Below, one piece after another: positions 12,081-24,242 of a stretch of DNA of 64,000 nucleotides. The notes beneath the pieces were generated by a model that was not told where the DNA came from, searched no databases, and was given only the letters and a program-made list of their open reading frames with translations. The translations under genes and the position numbers were made by a program. This stretch comes from Pristiophorus japonicus (taxonomy: Eukaryota), in assembly GCF_044704955.1 (NCBI RefSeq), contig NW_027252668.1, positions 5,828,001-5,892,000 on the forward strand, read 5' to 3'. The stretch's first letter is position 1; each line of letters starts with the position of its first letter.

Positions 12081-12529
12081 GGGGGCTGTGTGGAGCAAGA
12101 ACCAGTGTCAGTGAGTGGGGGGAGGGAGAGGCCATTCTCGGGCTGTGTGTGGACAGTGTGTGTCCAGGGGGAAGGGAGACAGAATGGGCAGAATCTGCTG
12201 TTTACAATCATTGCTGCTTTCTCTCTCCTAACCAGGAGTGAACGTTCCTGGTTTAGTTCCGTCGGGGGCTGTTTGTTTGTCAGAGGCAGAGTGGAGCAGG
12301 AACTAGTTCCGGAACATGGAGTGAGTGGGGGAAGGGAGAGGCTATTCTCGGGCTGTGTGTGGACAGTCTCTTACTTTCTACTTGATAAAAATGGTCCTCT
12401 GATGACTCTGGTTGTAAGCAGTACTTACAGTAGCATCTCATGGTTCTCCGCAGGCCGTTGCACATGAACCAATGAATGTTACTTGGCAGAGTTTGCTTGA
12501 TGGCTCCTGCATAAGGTTGACACTCGTTA

Positions 12530-12912
12530 ATCGTTTGCACTTCAGTCCCCCGCTCCTGATCTTTGGGCCCCCTGTGCGGAGGAGAGCGGGCAGATCGGAA
12601 GGCCTCCTCGTAGGACTGCTTCTGGGCATGGCCAAGGTGGCCATTAACCGGTCCAGGCAGCGGGCGGGTGTTCAGCTCGACTGCCTGCCTCTCTTCCACG
12701 GTTATGTTCGAGCCAAGGTGTCCCTGGAGATGGAGCACGCGGTGTTCACCGGTACGCTCGCGGCCTTCTGTGAGAGGTGGGCGCCAGAGGGACTGGAGTG
12801 CATCATCCCCCTGGGAACCAAATTTTAATTTGATCCATTTAACACCAAAGTTTAATTTGTCTGTTTTAATGCCGCTTTAATAAGGGGGCACTTGATTTAT
12901 TGTTTTACTAAA
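12530..12912 (+). mobile_element. Tx1/L1-clade non-LTR retrotransposon 3' end (also ~45210-45600)
   Basis: LHFSPPLLIFG..LLLGMAKVAINRSR..FCERWAP resembles the Tx1 ORF2 C-terminus; AT-rich 3' UTR. Confidence 0.65.
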
Positions 12913-13964
12913 ATAGTTGTGTGTATACAGTGTGGGGTAACAGTGAAAGTAAATCACCTCGCTCTTTCAAATCATTGCTGCTTTCTTTCCCCAAATCAAT
13001 AGTGAATGTTCCTGATTCAGTTCCAATCTCATCGTGTCTGTTGTTCTTGGACAGTGAACAGTGGAAACACAGCCTGACAGTGAGGATGTGAGGAGCTTCA
13101 CAAAGTGTATCTATTGCAGACACCAGGCGAGGAGTGTGGGAGAAGACATTTCAAGCATCGGTTATTTTGTTTTGGTGCAGTGAGTTGTCCAGAACCGTGT
13201 TGCTGGTGATCGAGAGCCTGTCGCTCCCTCAGATACATCAGGATCCGGGCCCTGTGACATTCTGTTAACTACACAGGCCCTCAACTCGGTTTCAACCGAC
13301 TGAAAACAATTGTTGTACAGCCCAGGTACTATAGTTATATTCCAGGAAAAGATTCAGAATTTTACAAATAGTCCCATCGGAGTGGGAGATATAAACCTGG
13401 AGTGTTCCAATCGGGTGGTCCTATTCATGGACCAGTGCTGGGTTTGGGTTGTGTCTGGATGCTGATAACTTACTATAGAACTGTCCTACACACCTTGTGT
13501 GGAGAATCTGAGTGCCACTGTACTGCAGTGAGGTCAGACAATGACACTGTTTGTATCGCGGTTTCCCCTCTCCAGATACTTTACTTTATTACAAACAAAC
13601 ATGTTAATTATAACTTTATTTTTTATATTCTCCCACTCACTTGTCCATATCATGACTAATAATGTTCTCGTATTATTATTCTCAGAGAGAAGTACTTCAT
13701 TGAGCCTGAATAAATGTGATCTTTCCTCCACCCGGAACACAAGGAACAGTGCAGGCAGCTCCTTCTCACACACAGTAAGTATGTTATCACTTACAGAGCG
13801 CAGAGACACAGAACTGGCCTCAATCCTATTATCACAGGCAGCAGAAGCAGTCAGTGCCACAGTAATCCACAGTACAAGAGTTACATTGCGAATCTTACAT
13901 GGAGCAGTAGAATCAGACACTGTTTCATCATTGAAACAGATCAAACTGACATGTAGATTGAACA

Positions 13965-15800
13965 CCCGCACTCACTTGCCAGAAACTGGCAGGTAGAGAA
14001 TAAAACACACAATCACATCCCTTAATATATAAGTTAGAAAGTAAAAACCATACTCTCAAATCAGAAGCTGACAGGTACAGAGCAAAAGCAATAATCACGT
14101 ATCAGGAAAGGAGAGATTCAGTATTAAGCCATCTCGAATATACCAGAAAATGACAGGTGCAGAATAAAACCCACACTCCCGTACCATAGACTGACAGATA
14201 GAATCTGCAACCCACACCCACATAGATGAAAGTGACACGCACAGAGTAAACTCCACACCAGAGAGTGACAGGTAGAGTGTAAATCCCAGAGTCACATGTC
14301 AGAAAACAGAGGTAAAAAGTAAAACTGATACTTGCATTGCAGAATCTGACAGTTTCTGAGCTAAAGACATATTACCATCTCATAAACTGGCAGATGCAGA
14401 GTGAAACCCACACACACCTATCAGAAAGGTAAAACCTTTACTCACATATCAGACAAATTCAGGTAGAACATAAAACAGATATTCACGTTCACATACCAGA
14501 GACGGGCAGATACAGAGTAAATCCCCGCTCATGTAGCAGGAACTGACAGGTACAGTCTAAAACATACACCCAAATTGCAGGAGCTAATAGGTGCTGATTA
14601 AACCCAGACTAACACACCAGAAACTGAGAGGCACAGATTAAACCCTCACATACATACCTAAATCTGACAGTTACAGAAATATACACAGACTCGCATATCA
14701 GAGACACATACAGTATAAAGCCCATATTCATGTATCATACATAAAAGCTGACAGTTACAGGTTAAACTACCACTCATAAGCCAGAAACTGACAGGTACAG
14801 ATTAAACCAACACTCACATATCAGAAACTGACAGGTTCAGAATAAAATCCACAATCACATACCAGAAACTGACCAGTACAGATTAAAACAATACTCATAT
14901 AGCAGAAACTGACGAACAGATTAAAACACACACTCGTATACTAGAAACCGTCAGGTACAGATTATGCCCACACTTACATCTCAGAAGCTGACAGTTACAG
15001 AATACCACCCATACTCACATACCAAAAACTGACAGGTTCAGAATAAAATCCACAATCACATACCAGAAACTGATCAGTACAGATTAAAACAATACTCATA
15101 TAGCAGAAACTGACGAACAGATTAAAACACACACTCGTATACTAGAAACCGTCAGGTACAGATTATGCCCACACTTACATCTCAGAAGCTGACAGTTACA
15201 GAATACCACCCATACTCACATACCAAAAACTGACAGGTACAGGATAAAACACAGTCAAATACCAGAAACTGATATATAGATTAAAGCCACACTCATATAC
15301 CACATATTAACAAGGACAGATACAATACACACTCATATATTACCAGAAACTGACAGGTACAGGTGCAACCCACACTCATACCTGAAACTTACTTGTACAG
15401 ATTAAAACCCACATTCACATGACAATAACTGACAGGTACTGATTATACCCCACACTCATATACCAGGTACTTTCAGGTACAGAATAGATACCCATACTCA
15501 AGTACCAGAAAGTGACACGTATAGATGTAAGCCACACACATATACCAAGAAGTGACAGGTATAGATTAAACTCCACACTCATATATACCAGAAAATGACA
15601 AATACAGAATAAAACCCACACTCGCATCAAAGAGGCAGACAGCTATTGAGTAAATCCAACACTCGCATTGAAGAGTCTAACAGATACAGACTAAGATCCA
15701 CACTTGCATATCGGGGACTGATAGCTAGAGTAAATCCCCCACACTCACATCAGAATCTAACAGATACAGACTAAAACTCACATTCACAACCCAAAGAGTG
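13965..15800. repeat. degenerate ~41-bp satellite, variant B (CAGATTAAACCCCACACTCACATACCAGAAACTGACAGGTA), with a 201-bp tandem duplication at 14828-15237
   Basis: Recurrent ACCAGAAACTGACAGGTACAGA; near-identical blocks start at 14828 and 15029. Confidence 0.85.
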
Positions 15801-15809
15801 ACCGCTAAA

Positions 15810-16290
15810 ATAAAGTAAGAAATAAGAGCAGGAATAGGTCATACAGCCCCTCGAGCCAGCTCTATCTTTCAATAATATCTGAACTGAACTTCTATCGCAG
15901 CTCCATTTACCCACCTTATACCCATAACCCTTAGTGCCCAAAAACCTCCCGATCTCAGTCTCGAATACAGTCATTGACTGAGCATCCACAGCCCTCTGCA
16001 GTAGAGAATTCGAAAGATTCACACCCCTCTGAGTGAACAAGTGTCTCCTCATCTCAGTCCTAAATGACCGAGCCCTTATCGTGAGTCTATCGCTCCTAGT
16101 TCTACACTCCAGCCAGGGGAAGCAGCCTCTCAGCATCTACCCTGTAAATCCCCCTCAGAATCTGATGTTTTATTGAGATCACCTCTCATTCTTCACATCT
16201 CCAAGGGTATAGGCCCAAAACTTTTACCTTCCTAATTGCTTCCTGTTCCTGCACATTAACTTTCTGTGATGTGTTTACTAAGACACTCAA
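15810..16290 (-). mobile_element. internally deleted CR1 3' fragment
   Basis: FRTEMRRHLFTQRGVNL motif plus 3' tail. Confidence 0.75.
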
Positions 16291-16295
16291 CTCCC

Positions 16296-18462
16296 TCATT
16301 TACTAGACAACCCCCTCATCTCAGGAATCAACCCCGTGAACCTTCTCTGAACTGTCTCCAATGGAAGTATATCCCTCCTTAAATAAGACCAAAACTGTAC
16401 GCAGTACTCCAGGTGTGGTCTCACCAATGCCCTGTACAGTTGTAGCAGCACTGCTCTGCTTTGATACTCTAACCCCTTTGCAATAAATGCCAACATTCCA
16501 TTGGCTTTCCTAATTACTTGCTGTACCTGCATACTAACTTTTTGTGTTTCATGTACAAGGACCACAGATCCCTCTGTACCTCAGCATTTTATCATCTCTC
16601 CCCATTTAAATAATAATTTGCCTTTTTATTTTTCCTACCAAAGTGGAAAACCTCACATTTTCAAACATTATACTTCATCTGCCAAATTTTTGCCCACTCA
16701 CTTAGCCTATCGATATCCTGTTGCAAATTCTTTGCCACCTCATCACAATTTGCTTTCCCACCAATCTTTCTGTCATCAACAATTTGGCTACATTGCACTC
16801 GGTCTCTTTATCCAAGTCATTAATATAATGCAATTAATTAATAAATTAATACAGTATAAAAAGTTGAGGCTCCAGCACTGATCCCTGTAGCACCCCACTA
16901 GTTACAGTTACATTGTGCCAACCTGAAAATGACCCGTTTATCCCGACTTATTCTTTAGCCAATCCTCTATGCATGTTGATATATTACCCCTAACCCCCTG
17001 AGCGCTTATCTTGTGCAGTGACCTTTTATGTAGCACCTTGTCAAATGCCTACTGGAAATCCAAATACACTGTACACAACATCTACTGGTTTCCCTTTATC
17101 TACCCTGCTCATTAAATCCTAAATTCTCTTTCATAAAACCATGCTGACTCTGCTTGACTGTATTATGATTTTCTAAATGTCCTGCTATTGCTTCCTTAAT
17201 AATGGACTGCAGCATTTTCCCAATGACCGAAGTTTGGCTAACTGGTCTATAGTTTCCTGCTTTCTGTCTCCCTCCTTTCTTAAATAGGGGCATTATGTTT
17301 GCGGTTTACCAATTTGATGGGACCTCTCCAGAATCCAGGATGCATTGATTGTAACCTACCAATTTTGGTAGGTTACAATCAATGCATCCAATATCTCTGC
17401 AGCCATGTCTTTTAAGACCTTAGAATGCAGGCCATCAGATCCAGGGGGCATGTCCACCTTTACACCCATTAATTAGCCTAGTACTTTTTATCTAGTGATC
17501 ATGATTGCTTTAAGTTTACCCCCTCTAAATAGCCCCTTGATTATCAGTTATTTTAGTGTCTTCTACCATGAAAAACAATACAAAATATTTGTTCCAAGTC
17601 TCTGCCATTTCTCTGTTTCTCATTATTAACTGCCCAGTCTCATTGTCTAAGAGACCAACTTTTACTGTAGCTATACCTGTAGAAGCTCTTACTGTCTGTT
17701 TTTATAATTCTTGCTAGTTTACTCTGGTAATCTATCTTCTCACTTTATTAATTTTAGTCATCCTTTGCTGGTTTCTAAAAATTTTCCAATCCTCTGACCT
17801 TCCATTATTCTTTGCAACATTTGTATGCCTTTGTTTTCAATTTGATGCCATCCTTTACTTCCTCGGTTAGCCATGGATGGTTGATCCTTCTCTTAAGAGT
17901 CCTTCTTTCTCACTGGAATATATATTTGTTGACAGATATGAAATATCTCCTTAAATGTTTGCCACTGCTCAACTACCATCTTACCCTTTAGTCTATTTTC
18001 CCAGTCCACTTTAGCTAACTCTGCCTTCATATTTTTGTAATTGCCTTTATTTAAGTTCAGGACACTAGTTTGAGATTCTCACCCTCAAACTGAATTTGAG
18101 ATTCTAACATGCAATGATCACTCTTCCCAAGAGGATCCTTTACAATGAGATTATTAATTAATCCAGTCTCATTACATATTACCAAATCTAAAATAGTCTG
18201 CTCCCTGGTTGGTTCCACAACGTATTGTTCTAAGAAACCATCCCGAATACACTCTATGAACTCTTTCTCGGGACTACATTTACCAATTTGATTTATCGAT
18301 CAATATTAAGATTAAAATCACCCATGATTATTGCCGTATCTTTCTTGCAAGCCTCCATTATTTCTTCATTTATAGTCTGTGCTACAGTGTAGCTAGTGTT
18401 AGAGGGCCTATAGATCACTCCCACCAGTGACTTATTTTCCTTATTATTTCTTATCTCCACCC
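16296..18462 (-). mobile_element. degenerate CR1-type LINE (ORF2); absent from unit 2
   Basis: LVRPHLEYCVQFW, PLFKKGGRQKAGNYRPVS; unit 2 passes directly from ~47780 to the sequence homologous to 18498. Confidence 0.88.
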
Positions 18463-18469
18463 ATACTCC

Positions 18470-19100
18470 CATACCAGAGTTGCAGATACAAAATAAAATT
18501 GAATCTCACATATCAGAAACTGACAGGTAAAATAAAACTTACACTTAGATACTGACAGATACAGAGTAAATGCCACATTCGTGTTCTAGCGAAAGATACA
18601 TAGTGTAAATTACTAACTCACTAATTTGAAATTAACAGTTGCAGAATCAAGCACCCAATCACATACCAGAAAGTGACATGTACAAAGTAAAACCCACACT
18701 CACACAACAGATACTGACAGATAGAGTAAAGACCATCCTCACTTACCAGTTATTGACTGGAACAGGGTTATAGCATCTTGCCCTTCCCTGAAACTGACAG
18801 ATACAAAGCAAAAGCAACTTCCAATTATGCAGAAACTGGCAGTTATAGGGTCGGACACTCACTAACATATCAGAACATAACAAGTACAGAATAAAATCCA
18901 GACTCCCATAACAGATACAGAGAAAAGCATATACGCACATATCAGAGACAGACAGATACAGTGTGAACTCACACTCACAAACCAGAGACACATAGATACA
19001 GAGTGAAACTCACACTCACATACCAGAGACAGATAGGTACAGAATGAACTCACACTCACATACCAGAGACAGATAGGTGCAGAATGAACTCACACTCATA
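18470..19100. repeat. degenerate 40-41-bp satellite
   Basis: GAACTCACACTCACATACCAGAGACAGATAG units at 18960-19100. Confidence 0.75.
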
Positions 19101-19287
19101 TAAGAACATAAGCAATAGGAGCAGGAGTTGGCCATTTGAGGAACAGGATAAAGCTTCATTTGGAAAGACATGGATTAATCAAGGACAGTCAGCATGGATT
19201 TGTTAAGGGAAGGTCATGTCTGACTAACTTGATTGAATTTTTCGAAGAGGTAACCAGGAGGATCGATGAGGGCAGTGCATGTGATGT

Positions 19288-19615
19288 TGTTAGATCTCTT
19301 AATTTCCAATGAAATACGAACTCCGATGGTAGTTTTAACTTTTTAATCTTGGCAGAGAGCAACAAACTGCTGGCTGATTGCCAGTTCCTTTGTCTTACTG
19401 AAACCACATGGTCAAAATGGCTGTATATATGCCTGGATCAATTTACAGAAAAGAACTCTCCTTCTTTGACCTTATTGGCTCAATACCCAAGGTCCTAAAA
19501 TGTCAAGGTGATTGATGAGTTAATGCAACATGCTGAGCAGCACGTAGTAGCTTTGACTTGGGGGTCTGTGAATTTTCAAAGCATGTCTAAATGAGCCTGT
19601 TTGAATACTCTATCA
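19288..19615 (-). repeat. ERV 3' LTR
   Basis: ~10 differences from 23915-24242 by manual count; preceded by PPT GAAAGAATCAAAGGGGGGAT (19616-19635). Confidence 0.95.
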
Positions 19616-19890
19616 ATCCCCCCTTTGATTCTTTCACAAACTGAATCATAAAACTTCAGGTATCACTGGTTAAACATTCTACAAAATAATTTCATACATG
19701 TTAATAGAGTTTCCTTCTAAAATTTGTTGATGTGTTTTGCCACATGTCCGGACTAGTAGCTTCCATACAAATTTAAACCAACCCGAGTTCCATCGTGGCC
19801 ACAATGGAAGTCTGGTTTTAGTAGGTTAATTAACCTTATTCCAATTTAATCCAAATCAGTATCTTAATTCAATCAGTAAACAACCTTTTC

Positions 19891-21244
19891 TTAAGCATAA
19901 CATACCCCTGTGCCACGTACAGACGGTCTGCTGGGACCTGCAAGGTGTCTCACCTGCGGGACAGCAACTACAGCCACCTGGTCGCAACAACATTTAATCA
20001 ACATAAACAAACAATATAAAAGTAAAACAATTACAACAAATAGAATTAAACCTTCCACCAATGAAGTTCCTGTTGAACCTAGCCATTCAGTGGCTCCACT
20101 CCTCAAAGTGAATGATGGGGGTTGCTTAAATTTTTCTACCTCCTTTTGGATATGCTCCGCTAAGTTGGTAATTTCTTCGGAGCTATCTGGAATATATGTG
20201 CAACACTCAGTTCCGAGTAGGGCGCAAGTACCTCCCTTTTCAGCCAGGATGTAATCAAGGGCCAGTCTATTCTGTAGGGCTACTGTGCGGATTGCTACCA
20301 TTTCTGCATTGATTTTAACTAGGGCCTCTGAGGTATCATTGGCTACCCGTTCCACAATGGATGCCATGTTAATGGATTCCCTTGCCAGTTTGGCGGTCCC
20401 ATATCCGGGGATCAGAATGGCAAAGAACCTCTCTGTTTCTGTGATAACTCTCTTAGGACGGTGTAAATGTTCCGACAGTGACTTTATATGAGACATATAA
20501 GGCACAATGTAGGCTAAATAGCAGGATTCCATCCAATTCTGGGGCAGCCAAGGGTAGGCCTTGTGGCCACACACCCAATAGGTGCCATTATAGGCAATGA
20601 ATGTTAGCTGTTTCTTTGTCAGCAACACTCCAGGGCCAGTCCAGGCTTTTCCATCTGTTTTATTCAGAATCCCCGTTACGTTAAAAATTCCCACATCGGC
20701 CCAGTTTGGACGGTTCCATGGCTTGATTTTATTATAATTCCGGGAGCAGTTACTATACCCCATATTTTGGCCTCCTTTGATGTTTCTAATCAGACAGACC
20801 GATTCCCCCGGTCTTCCTATTCCCGTTGTATTAGTGATAACAAAAAATGGGGGCCGTTTGGAATTATTGTAGCACGGTTGGTATCCCCCTTCAAAGGTAG
20901 TCAGATTGTAACCTGCTGACTTCCATTTACGTGCCCAGTTTTCCGTATCCTGAAATGCATTGCCTGTTTTATTTTGATTAATTATCCACTCAGCCATTTC
21001 CGAGATATTCAAGGGAACTGGCCTCAAGGGAATCCCTCCCTTTGAGTGAATAGGAATATACGAACACACCCAACAACTAGAAATGTTACCTTGTTTGGCA
21101 TAAATGTATGACATATTATAAAAAGGTATTTACATGTAATTCCCTTGCTACCCTACTATTTCCCTTTGGTGCAGAGGGTCGGCCAGTAAGAAGTAGGCCT
21201 ATGCCTAGGATACCTACAATCAATAATACAGTACATTTATACAT
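19891..21244 (-). pseudogene. env: gamma-type envelope, one +1 frameshift at ~21115-21118 (450 aa if corrected)
   Basis: Signal peptide MYKCTVLLIVGILGIGLLL, CWVC, furin site RPKR, ISD LQNRLALDYILAEKGGTC, CX6CC, TM helix. Confidence 0.92.
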
Positions 21245-21268
21245 TTTTGCAAAAAGTAATTGTCCTTA

Positions 21269-21682
21269 TTAGATTTCAGCTTTAGTTACAGGTGCTTGTT
21301 TAACGTGTGAAGCATGGATCCAGGCTTTCTTTCCTTGGACGTTAACAGCTGCCTGGGTGGTCAATAACACTTGATAAGGTCCCTCCCACTTGGCACCCAA
21401 AGGTTCTTTATACAACTTTTTCACATACACCCAGACTCCCGGGATGATGTCGTGTCCTCCTTCGGGTGGATTACCCAAGCTGCCGATACCTGTCGGGAAA
21501 CAGAACTAATAGCAAAGTGTCACCCATTAAGTGAACATCAGCTTTCCATAAGTCGATAGTTCCTGGCAACTACATGGGTCTTCCTGTTATAATTTCAAAT
21601 GGGCTTAGACCTGTAGTTCTGTTCAGGGTTGCCCTAATGCTACATAGCACTATTGGTAGTGCCTGGGGCCATGGTGTTCCTT
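21269..21682 (-). pseudogene. pol: integrase C-terminal remnant
   Basis: WPQALPIVLCSIRAT..TGLSPFEIITGRPM and WEGPYQVLLTT..WIHASHVK (GPY/F module). Confidence 0.88.
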
Positions 21683-21712
21683 CAATTCTTCTTTCTTCAA
21701 AGTTCTAATTGA

Positions 21713-22079
21713 CTATGTCACCCAACCATCCTCAAAATGCAACGATGAATCTACTTGGATTAGAACGTCCATTCCCAAAAGGGGTTGATCTACTGGGCCT
21801 ATCCAGACCGGCGTGGTTAGTTCATGTGGACCCAGCCTGAAAAGTACCGGTGTTGTCCTTTTAATTTCCATTTTATGGCCTCCAACTCCATAGGCTGTAT
21901 GTACCCTACCATCCAATGGCAAAAAGTCTCCATATTGTAGGGCTAAGCATGTTAATTCCGCCCCTGTGTCTAAAAGACAGTCCACATGCTTATCGCCCAC
22001 CCTCAGTTATATATAGCCCATCTCCCCTTTGTTGTATTAGTGCGAGGAGGGCAGCCAGGGTGGGCTCTAATCGTTTTTT
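21713..22079 (-). pseudogene. pro: retroviral aspartic protease
   Basis: LLDTGA active site, GVGG flap, LLGMDVL. Confidence 0.9.
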
Positions 22080-23628
22080 GCTATCCCAAGTAACTCCTTC
22101 TGTTGTTGTATTGCCAGTCGCTTAAATGCTTCTATGAGGTCGTTATCTTGTGACAAGCCTGGCTTGTTGGCTGAATTGTATCCCTGGCTGCGTCCTCTTC
22201 CCCAGCCACGATCTTTCTGATTTGCCCTGCACGTCTTGGCCCAGTGACCTTCTTTCCCACAATAATGACATTTTCCGGGTAATTTTCCTAATAACTGTTT
22301 ATCGGAATCCTGGGATTTCCATCCCATAGCCTGAACAGCTCGGACTTTAACTCCCATATCCCGATCTAATTGGTTACATCGATCCACCAATGCTGCAAAG
22401 GTAGTTCCTCTACCTTCCCAGTCCGGTAACACTACCTTAAGCATTTTGGACAGTTCTGGCTTTAGACCTGCCACGAAAGCTGCTTTCAGGGGTCCAAACA
22501 CTTGTTCATCCAATTCCTCATCCGTATTATTCATACCCGAATGTTCTAGCCACGTGCATCTAAACCGCTCGTCATACTCCAGGACCTCCTCTGTTCCTTT
22601 CTGTTGGCAGGCTGCAATTTTTCCCCAGTCTGTCTTAGCTGGACTGAAGGCTTGCAGCCAGTGTTTAATCACCTCCCATCTTGCATCTAATTCTTGCTCA
22701 TTCTGCCCCAAAGCTTCATCTACCTTGTCGTGCAATTTTCTTCCCTGTGTTTTTGGCACCATTATGGTCAAAATTTGCACTCTGTCCCAGGGATGAAGTT
22801 GATATATATTTCTTAAGCGGTCCAATTGGTCCCACGTTTTTACTCCCCCTTTCTTTGGATTGGGCAATTCCTTGGACCATTTATCAATTTTCTCTGGGTC
22901 TGCCGGAGCATGAACTAAATATTCTGCATACACCCTTCTCTTTGTTTTTTTGGTTCCGCCCTCATCCGCAGTCTCTTCTGATTTGACTACAACTCATCTT
23001 TTTTTAAACGGGGCAAAGTGCACCCCTAATTCATCATCCTCCGACACTGTATTGTCGGAGGATTCAGAATCCGTATCTATTCCTCGGTCGTGTCTTCGGG
23101 TTTGCGCTTTTAATTTATCCAAACATGGATACCCTGGGAATTGATCAATACATTTTCCTTTTCCTATTACTGTCTCTTGACCTAATGATTTTTTCCATTC
23201 TTTAATTTCACCTTTAAGATCTTTAACTTCCGCTTCCAGCTTTTCAAGTTCAAGCTTTTTCTGTCGCAGCTGTGCACAAACTGCTTGCAATTGATCCTTT
23301 GTACTGGTCAGTTCTTGATCATGTTGGGAACGCATTATAATTTCATTCCGCTTTTGAATCTGGCCCATACCGCTAGGGACCATCTAGTTCGCTCTTTATT
23401 TTTCATACGGGTCGTTTTTCCCCAGAACCTTTTAATCTCGTCCAAGGACCATTGTCCTTTGGAGGTTCCGTACTTTTGTTCGATCTTAATACAGGTTTTA
23501 GATAAGTTGAATTGTTGCTCTATGTATTCTTTCAACTGTTCGAGAATTAAATCGAGCGAAACTTCAGGTGGTGCTTGCCCACCTTTAACAGTTGTAGGCA
23601 ATTCTTTGCTCTTATCTCCTGCTGCCAT
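22067..23628 (-). pseudogene. gag: gag, broken into three ORFs
   Basis: MHR-like KIAACQQKGTEEVLEYDERF; CCHC knuckle CHYCGKEGHWAKTC; coiled-coil segment. Confidence 0.88.
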
Positions 23629-23892
23629 TTCTTTACTGGGGTCTCGAGCCGTAAGCTTTCCCAGCCAATCAATAGGTCGGTGATTAATTAACTAACACAC
23701 CGTCGAAGTTTAGACGTCTATGGGACCTCGAGCCGACTACCAACCGGAGGGTTCGCAAACCGGAGGCTTTCGGAATCGCATGGAAGGAGAGACGAATTTA
23801 GACTTTTGACCGAGGACTTTTTTTTTTAAAAAGAGGTGTCCTTACCTCAGTATGTAGGTCCGATGTCCAAAATTCAGTTTCTTTCCTCAGCG

Positions 23893-23910
23893 ATCCTGTT
23901 CGCAGCGCCA
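23893..23910 (-). other. primer-binding site, tRNA-Ser-like
   Basis: TGGCGCTGCGAACAGGAT, 4 nt after the 5' LTR; closest to vertebrate tRNA-Ser 3' ends as recalled. Confidence 0.7.
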
Positions 23911-23914
23911 AAAT

Positions 23915-24242
23915 TGTTCGATCTCTTAATTTTCAATGAAATACGAACTCTGATGGTAGTTTTAACTTTTTAATCTTGGCAGAGAGCAACAAACTGCTGG
24001 CTGATTGCCAGTTCCTTTGTCTTACTGAAACCACATGGTCAAAATGGCTGTATTTATGCCTGGATCAATTTACAGAAAATAACTCGGCTTCTTTGACCTT
24101 ATTGGCTCAATACCCAAGGTCCTAAAATGTCAAGGTGATTGATGAGTTAATGCAACATGCTGAGCAGCATGTAGTAGCTTTGACTTGGGGGACTGTGAAT
24201 TTTCAAAGCCTGTCTAAATGAGCCTGTTTGAATACTCTATCA
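23915..24242 (-). repeat. ERV 5' LTR
   Basis: Direct repeat of 19288-19615. Confidence 0.95.

Larger units (their letters stand above)
19288..24242 (-). mobile_element. endogenous retrovirus, pol-deleted provirus, 4955 bp, TSD GATGT
   Basis: Two 328-bp TG..CA LTRs, PBS, PPT, gag/pro/IN/env motifs; TSD at 19283-19287 and 24243-24247; empty site at ~49366. Confidence 0.96.

Noticed and set aside
11853-12467. 204/225-aa ORF with ERPFS(C) zinc-finger-linker-like words
   Set aside because: No C2H2 spacing or His pairs, non-ATG starts and indels between units; not supportable as a CDS
23893-23910. tRNA-Lys3 primer-binding site
   Set aside because: Needs an indel to fit TGGCGCCCGAACAGGGAC; tRNA-Ser 3' ends fit without gaps
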